64,000 nucleotides of DNA from NCBI GenBank assembly GCA_000182565.2, contig KQ257470.1; one strand, given 5' to 3'. Positions 52,040 through 64,000 of the stretch are shown piece by piece. Numbering within the stretch: the stretch's first letter is position 1; each line of letters begins with the position of its first letter. The notes beneath the pieces were generated by a model. That model did not search any database. It was not told where the DNA came from and saw only the letters and a program-made list of their open reading frames with translations. The DNA comes from Spizellomyces punctatus DAOM BR117. Lineage: Eukaryota. Both the position numbers and the translations under genes were made by a program.

Positions 52040-52250
52040 GGCGGGAACGTGCCGAGGGGTTTTTAAAGACAGTCTAGTGAGGAGCGTAAGCAAGTCCTTG
52101 ACGATGAAAGGGAACCTCTGGGATGACTCATACAGACGTGTTCGTTTCTAAGCAACGGCCATTAGCCAGATCGGACCGCTCGGACACCGCAAGCGTAGCC
52201 CCCTCCTGCAAGACCATACCCCCCGCAATTTCACCGTCCATCGAGCAATA

Positions 52251-52919
52251 ATGTCGGCTGAATACTCTGCAAAACTATCGAGTTTTACGTCATGGCGTCC
52301 ATTTATTTACTCCACCGTGGTTCAGCTTAGCGCTCTCTCTATCATCCGTCGCGGGACGGCGCTGATCTTGCCCAGAGCCGCGCCTACCTTTGCTCTGGCG
52401 CCAACTACTACCTTTGGATTCGGATACTCTGCTGAAAAGGTCTACGGAATTCTGGATACTTTGGGCGGTTTTGGAAGGACGTTCTTTACTGTTCTTGTGT
52501 TGGTCAACTTTGCGTACGTATGATGATCTATCCAAACGCGACCGTCAATGTGCAATAACTGAACCTTTCTCACTAGTCTTATCCTCGCAACTGCTTTTAA
52601 CCTTTCTATCCTCACCACCCTTGGGTTGAAGGCTTCTGGCCTGTCAAAATCGCCTGCATCGCAATTGAATTTACTTCCATTTGCCGCGGCCGCGTTGCAC
52701 GCTTTGGAGAACATTGTATTTCTTGCTGTTGCCGCGTCTCCGGGTCGTAGCGATCTGCTAGCTGGTCTGGCGGGTACGGTAGCCGTAGCACGAGACTTGG
52801 TGGGTACAGTAGCACTTGGAGTGGTGGTTGTTACACTGCCTGTATTCCTCGCTGGCTGGGCCAAGAGTATTGGACGCGATGGAAGGCAGAGAGTGCCAAT
52901 TGTGAAGAAAACCCATTGA
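52251..52919 (+). CDS. multi-pass membrane protein of unknown function (2 exons)
   Basis: ORFs 52251-52523 and 52626-52919 joined by a GT-AG intron (about 52514-52575); several hydrophobic helices. Confidence 0.7.
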
Positions 52920-53230
52920 TAATCGAGACATTCATGCTATTGAATGGCGGTGGAGACAACTAATTGGGATGATAGGCGGAATGTATCGAGTGTACACTAG
53001 ACTGTGTATTTAATCAAAATAATGTAGTTCTGCCATTGTCAAGGTGTTGTTGTGCTTTTATACAGTATCATGGTCCCACAACACTTGTGGTGACATAGCG
53101 ATGACGAGAAGACTGATTAACTCAGTTGCGCTTTCGCTTCATCCCGTACTAGTAACCTATATACGCATGGTATCTAACTCTACATCTATACACGGGGAAT
53201 CTTCCAAAATTGGCAGAGTGTCCACAGCTA

Positions 53231-56482
<3,252 letters not shown>

Positions 56483-56904
56483 GCTGTCTTCAATAGTTGG
56501 AGTAGCTCCTCCTAAAATGTCGAGGACTGCACGCCCGATCTCGGTGTAGATCTGGCCCAAAAGCCCAAAAGTTGGGTCGAACTTTCGCAACTAAGCCACG
56601 GGCATTTCAGCTCTGTGATGACATAATCCAAATAACTTTTTCAGAACCAAGTCGGAGAAAAAGGTGTCTACTTCGGTGAGATATGTCAAAGTGCGTTCAT
56701 CTATTACAATAACAAGGATATTACACTACGGAACACTAACAAAAAACCTGAGAGGACCGATCGCAACAGCCATTGCCTTCGGTCCTCCCAACCATAATAC
56801 AATGTACAATTAGAATGTGGAAACAGACGAGTGAAATCAAGCAGTCTTCCCATACGAATCGAAAGGAGATAGTAATCAAAAATATCAAAGTGGCAGGCAT
56901 GATC

Positions 56905-57390
56905 TTAATGCTTCTTCAAGTCCCTACTGTTCAGTGAGCCTTGCGAGGTTGCCGCCCGTGTGGGACACCGGGCTCCTTTTCCTTCCCGAGTTCGCAACTC
57001 CCGCGGCTCCGGAGCTGGTTCTGTACTTGTCTTCAAGCTTCTATTCCTTCGCTTAAGACTTGCGGCGCTAGGCTCGCCACCAGTTGAGCTTCCAGTGGAC
57101 TGCACAGATGTGCCCGAGTCCGAATCCGACTCACGGCGGGATGGCGGAACGAGGATATTACCAACAGCGCGAACTTGTACTTCTCCAAACCAATCTATTC
57201 GTAGGACGAGCCCAGGTTCGGTATCTGCAGCATCCCGCGAAACCGCGCGCATGGGAATGGCAGGTTTGCGCTTCGAGCGGCAGTCTTGGGCATGGAGTCG
57301 GGCTTCTTTCCGCAGCGAGCGAGTATCAGGGACTTTGACCGGAGATTTGCTGGCTGATGTACTTTTGCTCTTTCTTGTTGCTTTTGCCAT
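56905..57390 (-). CDS. small basic hypothetical protein
   Basis: Single ORF from MAKATRKSK; Lys/Arg/Ser-rich; no family recognised. Confidence 0.5.
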   Translation of the reverse strand: MAKATRKSKSTSASKSPVKVPDTRSLRKEARLHAQDCRSKRKPAIPMRAVSRDAADTEPGLVLRIDWFGEVQVRAVGNILVPPSRRESDSDSGTSVQSTGSSTGGEPSAASLKRRNRSLKTSTEPAPEPRELRTREGKGARCPTRAATSQGSLNSRDLKKH

Positions 57391-57865
57391 GTTCGTGAAT
57401 ATGAGGTGGCAAGGGGGGGTGCGGGGAAAGGACGAGGGAAGGTAGTCGCAGAGCGGAAATTTCAATTCCAAAGTGAGAAAGCGCGGCACACAGAAAATAG
57501 TCACGGCACACTATGGTTTAGCAGCGTTGCTTTGAGTGTTTTGCGGATTGAGCGTGACAACGAAAGGTCTATGGCCGTCGTCTGTCTTGGACCAAATACC
57601 ACAAGAGAAAAACAAGGTTCCGCGTTCTTGACCTCGAAGGCGTCATGTGATGAGCAAAGCCACAGAGCTTATGGCATCAAATTCCTTCTCCAGTTTAAAG
57701 ATACTTTAATTAAGGTCCTTGGGTGCCAATCTGATCTGAAAATACCATTTGGCCAGTGCTAATATATTTTAAGCTGGTAATGTGATGATGGACGCAATGA
57801 CATCCAAAGTCTGTAAATAATATATTACAAAATTGTACATGGTTTTCCCACATCACCGAGTTATA

Positions 57866-60800
57866 TCAGTGACTTATATCTGTACAAGGTCCTGCAAGCG
57901 CAACTAATAAAATCTGAACAGTGTAGTTCCATTCATCATAATATCCTCCTGATTTCGCCGCATTCCTATTCAAAGGTTCACGCAGTAGCAAAAGGACGGG
58001 TTTCCCGGGATTTCCAGAACATAAAAGCGGTAAGAGCAATGATGACGTCCATAGTTGCTAGTAAGGCGCTCGGAGAATCGGATACGGCGGCCTGAATCTC
58101 GTGTCGGTGTAATGAATTCGAAGTGTCATATATGATCACAAGAGGTTCGCGTCTCCCATGACGATATAAGTGTTCCGTAATGTTCTGCAATAAAAATGCC
58201 AGAGCAATCCGCATAAGCACAATGATCGCTACAGTGCGCTGTATAGGATGAAGCCGTGAGATGACAGTTATCAGATTCAAGGAAAACTGAACGCAAACAC
58301 CTACTCGCCCTTGTCGCTCGCTGGTAGGTGGTGGGCTGTGCGCGCCCCGCATTGCACCAAATCCGCCGGTATTCCGCTTCTTATGTCCGATATCCCACTC
58401 GGATACCGCAAGATGATACAAACACATTGCCAACAATGGCAAATACAAAACATTACTCCAGACCTGCGCGCAGAAATAAATTTAGAATTTGCGGGGATAG
58501 GAATTGTAAACAAGGATATACAGCATACCATCCATGATGCAAATAATCCGACAGGAGCAGCCAATTGCAAGTATCGTTGAGCAATCCTCTCATGGCCATG
58601 TAGTTTATGACTTAGCAAGGTCTTCAGCGTGTGCATGACGATGTTCTCATCTTGAAGGCGGACAGAATTTTCGAAAAGGTCCTCCAAACCAGTGGTTTGC
58701 TGTAGCCAGTCAGTTAGGGAGATACAGTTGGTGAATTCGCATAAGAAGCGCCAAAATCAAACATTTACCTGGAGAGGGAAGAACGTTTGCGGCCTGATCG
58801 CTGACGCCATCCTTTCTTCGTCGATATTTGTCGCCTTCATCGACGCCGCGGGTGTTGATGTGATGTGAAATGTGCCAAAGGCTGGTGTGCGCCCCGCATT
58901 CCCCTGCTCGTAATGGTTATAGGGCAGCTTTGAGCCCCTCCCAGCAAGAGAATCAAGCCCACAGCCTCTACGCTGACTATCCAGATACAATGTACCATGA
59001 GCAGTTGTGCCAAACGAATCCGTTTGCTTTCCATACAGTCCACCGCCGAATCCTAACCCGCCATCTGTTGTAGTTGCGACCATTCCGTGTTTGATAGGCC
59101 ACGTCCGCTCGTTAAGAAAAGCAGGCGGTGTCTCGAACGTATTCTTTCTCGCATCGACAAATGGATTACTAGGCGCACCGCGACCAAAGGCGCCCAATTC
59201 GCCCCAGCCCCCATTCCTCGATTTCAAAATATTGGACGGGCCTACGTACGACGAGAAAATTTCTCTACCCGAATCGCCTTTACCTAGCGTCCTGGAAAGA
59301 GGCATTGCTCGTGTCCCTGACCGTTGCTGGGATAAAGTAGGTCTTCCAATTTCCCCGCTTGGCCGCTGCGTAAAACCCTGTCTGGCTGTTCCCAGTCCGA
59401 GTCCTGATAGACCCGCCAGGATCTCATCTTCAGGATTTTCGAATTTCCCTGAGCGGCGATCATCATTTAACCCGATCTTGTTATTTCCACCATTGCCCGC
59501 TGTAGGGCTTATAAAAGCAATTCGATAGCTGTCTTCCGATACGTCAAGTCCCGAATCCGACCGTTGGAAGGAGCTGGGTTCATGTTGCGGGTCTTGTTTC
59601 AAGCTTTGGTGATTGAAAAGGTTCGGTGCGTAGTAACGACGATCTTTTTCAGCGGCCACCGGGGTATCGGCTCGGCAAAGCATTTTGCGACGCAAACGTT
59701 CCCGAGGATGTAGGAAACGGTAGACCACTTTGAGCGACCGCCATACTGCCTGAAATTCTTGTGTTACCAGAGGTGATACCACAACATGCCATGAGACTGG
59801 ACTTACGAAAACACTCAACCACATGTAAGCTCCTGATATCGTTGGATACCATTCCTCACGAAGATATGTGTGCGCAACTTCCAACAACCAATTCGCAAAG
59901 AGAACAAGTAGACAGCACATCTGATGCATTAAATCCATTAGCACACCTACACAAATTTGACACTCTCGGAGATAATAATGCTTACCAAACCCTTTCCGTT
60001 AATCCATTTTTGTTGCACCTTCAATATAGTCTTCCGACTTCTCTTCAGGTACGCGTCGAATTCTGCAAATATAAAGCAGAATATAGCAGTCTCCGCGACC
60101 AGGCGGTATCTGCTACTTGCGAAGGCGTTGAAGCACAATTCCCCAAAATTATCACTTGAATAAACGCATTTTCGAATGGAAGAAGGAAATGCGTCTTGAA
60201 GAAGATTGGAAATTCGCCAATCATCGTAGGACTTCGTGAATGCATTTCCGTACTGATGCTGCATACGAAAGACTTCGTATGGACGCAGAAAGCCATTCAA
60301 TCCTGGTAGAAGGGTGATGAGCTTTTCGCGCGCGAACTCAAGTGATGCGGAGTGTACCTTCAGCGGAGCCCTCATAGAAGAGTCGTGCCCAAGATGCCAG
60401 AGAGAACCATCCAATAGCGGCTACACTTATCATAAACGTGACGCCGACTGCATTCGTGATGAGAATCGCTGATCGGAGTGCTGCAGACCGTAAAACATTC
60501 CGAACCGTAAGATGCGTTTTCCTTCGCCGATCGACAGCTGCGGTGGTTTTATTCTTCATATATGCACCAAACGTCTGTCTATGGCGGTTCTCCAGCTTCA
60601 CCAGTTCATTATCTACGCGCCCGCGACAGAGAGCACAAACCATCGGATATCTCCGGTCCAGCCATTGCTTGTATTCAGCATAGTTGGCAAGTTTGGCTTG
60701 ATATTCCGGATCGTCGTCCTCCGGGAGATAGTTAGATAAAGTATTAATGATCATTGTCTGCCGTCTGCTGCAGTCAGGACAGAAAATGGAATCTGATTTT

Positions 60801-61254
60801 ATGGCATTTCTTTGCCATTGCGCCGCTGATCACGAAAAAGGAACATTAGTGTTGGTCCTTTGCATCATCATAGGTAAGTAACTTATATAAGCGCACCTTC
60901 CACGGTTCCCGTGCGAGAATTGAAGCTTTCGTCCCGCATTTCTGGCAGTGCAGAAGCGATATCCCCATTCTGCAATTTCGTTGGACACTTTGAGTCAGAG
61001 GACTACTCAAAATCCTTTCTCCCATTTACCTTATCGTAGATATTCCAGCAATCGCATAATCGGCAGAACCACTTTTCAACATTTCCATCTCTATCAAACA
61101 AAGGTATCATCTTGCCTGGGTCTCTGCGTAAGCTTGGGGGCGAGTCGGGAGGTATAATGGGTTTCCCGCGAGCTTTCGGCCCGGGGAGTGTCGACGTTTC
61201 ACCGCAGTAAAAGCACGTCAGGTGGACAAGCCGACCTGCATGGTCTCGTAGCAT
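57866..61254 (-). CDS. IMA1: inner nuclear membrane protein Ima1/Samp1 family (3' end approximate)
   Basis: CFYC...WFCRLCDCWN, then LSNYLPEDDDPEY...YKQWLDRRYPMVCALC (Ima1_N); multiple TM segments. Confidence 0.85.
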
Positions 61255-61775
61255 ACGATCAAAACGTGTGAGACTATCGTGATAGAAAAAAAAAGATCGC
61301 CGTCAGTTTTCATTGTCAAGTAAGACAGTATAGTTGCAGCTATAGTGGCATTGCGACTATCTTGATCCCCTTAACCAGCTTATTCTCTATAATTAAAGCC
61401 GTACAGACTGCCTAACTCACCCGAATTTGAAGGCAATAAATGCCACCGTGAGGGTGATCAAGGACGAGATCCATCCATAACTCATGTTGCCGAAGCCAAA
61501 GAGGGAAGCGGACGCAGGCACAATGCCGTCAGCACAGCGAGGTGACTATGACTGGCCAAATCAGGAACGTGGATTTTCGCAATAAAAGTTGAAGGGACGT
61601 AAAAGAAGGTTGAGAAAGTACAGATGCCCAGATCTAGAGGTTGATCGTTGAGGGTATTACGTAGGCAAGGAAAACCCTCCAGTGGCTGCTACTGGTATTG
61701 CAAAACACGTGATTCAGATCCGCTTCAAGGCTTGAGGATTCAGTTGCCAGATTTCCATTGGCGATCTCTGTGGAA

Positions 61776-62331
61776 ATGGGTTATGTTGAGCTGTGGGACG
61801 AATATCAGGAGGCTGTAGAGCAGCTTTACCTGAGCTCTCCCTTTAAGGTATCAAGATGGTTGGGAAAGTTCGGCAATCGCTGATTGTGCAGTTTTTCTCA
61901 ACTTTCGTGATTCTATTGCAGACTCGTTACGTTTCCAAATATCGGCATAAGGACGGAAAGCTGGTGCTGAAGGTCACAGATGGCCCAACGGTGAGAGTGG
62001 GCATTTGATCCTTGAGATTGAAAGTATTCCTGACCTCCCCTTTTCGCCCTGTCCGATCCAGTGTCTGAAATTCAGAACCGACCGCCTGCCTGATTTGAAG
62101 AAATTTGAACGCTTGAACTTATCATTAATGGAAAAAATGCAAGGAAGAAAGAAGCTGGATGCTATGGAAACTGATGGTAGGATCAATCTTATTTATTATG
62201 TCGTAGCCTGTCACTCATATCTATCAACAGTACCAGAAGTCTTGACGGCAACGTCGCCTAACGATACACCGGTGCAAAGTCCACCAGCGCCAGCTGGGAG
62301 AAAGGGCAAGGGGAAAAAGAAAAACCGCTGA
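61776..62331 (+). CDS. SRP9: signal recognition particle subunit SRP9/Srp21 (4 exons)
   Basis: Spliced: WDEYQEAVEQLYLSSPLK|TRYVSKYRHKDGKLVLKVTDGPT|CLKFRTDRLPDLKKFERLN. Confidence 0.92.
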
Positions 62332-62700
62332 GAATTCCACTTCAACGGATTTAGTGGTGCGGCCTGATCGACGTGCTCTTCACTGCGGTGCGTGGCCTAG
62401 GACACGATTTTTTGCGGGCGTGGTAGCTTCGTGGCTTTAGGGATGTCCTAAACCGCATGATGGGCCCATCCTTGACAGCATCTTATACTGCGTCCCTTAT
62501 ACATCCGGCTTATGGCGAGTCAGGTTGGTCGGGAAAGATGTGAGACAGCAGCTATTCATATCTGACACTTCTTGTCGGGCAAGCGGTATATCATAATTAG
62601 GCTTCTCACGTACAAATAAATAAATATTCACAAAACTTCACTATCAGGCACCGATTGCCTTATATCTACCGCTAACTCTATGTGACATAGACGCTTATCT

Positions 62701-63469
62701 TCACCTCCGTCCACCATTTACTGTGACCGTCGTCTTGTCGCCGTGACATCCTTCTAGATCCCGTCTCTTTCCCTTCTCGGAAAGTTTGGTTTTCAAAGCA
62801 AGTAGCATCCATGTGGCCAACAACATTATGAGCACGACGAAGCCAAGAGTGGAGAACATTACGACCATGATCGAACGCGCCAGTGCGATGCGATACTCGG
62901 TAACCGGACCGGAGCAGGATGTGCTCGCCATGCAAAGCTTGGACAGTACTTGAGCTTCATTAGGATCCACAGTCGGGTAATCAGACGCAGATGCGCCCTC
63001 CTCCCACCCACAGCAACGGAACTCCCGCATAATGGTGCCTTTCGTGTCGTTCGTTGCACCTTTCCACATTTGGTCTGCCATACTGGTGGCAAAAGATGCG
63101 TCCATTTCTCGCATTGCTAGGTGGCCTAAAAGACCGTAGACTCCACAAAGAAGCAACAAGCTGCATATGAAAATCTTGAGGCATCCAGGGGAAAGACGGT
63201 ATAGCCCACAACAACCGAGGAGGCCAGTACCGAGAAGTAGCGGGCACAAAATTGCGATGCCTGGATGTAGCGGGATTAGATTGCTGTAAGCGGCGCATAG
63301 CGTACGAACGGTAGAAACCTATTAGAAGTTCTATCGGGAAAACTTCAGTCTTCGGGAAGGGTGAAGTGTTCAGGAAGAGCATATATGCCAGTATCCCGGC
63401 CGCAAACGCCAGAACAATGAGCAGAAAATTGGCTGAAATCAGTAGAAGACGGGGTATGCGGATCATCAT
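62701..63469 (-). CDS. tetraspanin-family protein
   Basis: Four hydrophobic helices, GLLGCCG in TM2, and a large extracellular loop with FRCCGW and a downstream Cys. Confidence 0.8.
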
Positions 63470-63706
63470 GAGGCAGATAGTGGGAACAGCTGGGAAAAGG
63501 TTGCTGTGGTAGGATCTTCAGCAGCGAAAACGAGAAACGCGCAAAGGACGCGCCGAGCCCCATTAGGTAAGCGTCCCTTTTCTGGCACAAATTAAATCAT
63601 TGGATTATGTTGCACATTTGCTGTCAAGGACTTTTAGCTACCAGGCCGTGGTGATCCGAGTTTGGGCTCAAGGGTTTTCTCCCGTCGTCTCATTGCTCGG
63701 AGCAAA

Positions 63707-64000
63707 ATGCCCCCCAAAGTACGAAAGTATAAGAAGGATCCTGCTCTGGACGCATTCATGGAGTCAGAAGCGGGTGTCCAGGTACAATTTCGGAGGACGA
63801 TCCTAAGACGACAAAATTTTTTGGGAATTCTAAAGCCGATCTCTCCGAATTTATGATTTTTAGTTGTTCACTGCTTTGACAAAATGTGCCGACGGCATTC
63901 GCGAGCTAGCGGAGTTTGTTCAGACTGTCCTTCCGCAACACATAGCACCACCCGTTGTCTCGCTGGCTGAAGACGGAAAGAAAAAGAAACGGCAGAAGAA
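63707..64000 (+). CDS. 5' part of an unknown gene running off the window end
   Basis: AAAATG MPPKVRKYKKDPALDAFMESEAGVQ followed by a GTACAA donor. Confidence 0.4.

Noticed and set aside
57646-57740. GTGATGA...CTGA possible C/D snoRNA
   Set aside because: No terminal stem and no rRNA-complementary guide recognised.
62417-62490. TAGCTTCGTGG resembles a tRNA D-arm / Pol III box A
   Set aside because: No GTTCRA T-arm or cloverleaf downstream.

Overview
Gene-dense, intron-rich eukaryotic DNA (short, mostly 50-120 nt GT-AG introns with CTRAY branch sites), most consistent with a zoosporic fungus (chytrid). The lineage is inferred from an enkurin-domain ciliary gene, EFL, and a zuotin retaining SANT domains alongside fungal-type ABZ1, IMA1 and BBP. 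About 28 protein-coding genes are supportable. They include a PXA-RGS-PX sorting nexin, a GRF zinc finger protein, an F-box protein, delta-12 desaturase, SmB, a BRD8-like protein, mitochondrial S19, NSE2, ENKD1, zuotin, alternative oxidase (fragmented in the ORF track), an SDR, RRP8, EFL, SF1/BBP, a stand-alone response regulator, PRP3, SKP1, NDUFA8, ABZ1, IMA1, SRP9 and a tetraspanin. No tRNA, rRNA, CRISPR array or transposon was recognised. The most interesting unexplained signals are: (1) a ~410-nt first intron in the branchpoint-binding protein gene carrying a cluster of branchpoint-like motifs in a 130-nt AG-free zone (candidate autoregulatory element); (2) SRP-RNA-like motifs just downstream of SRP9; (3) frameshifts in the NSE2 SP-RING. 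All exon boundaries, alignments and pairings were made by eye; no searches or folding programs were run.
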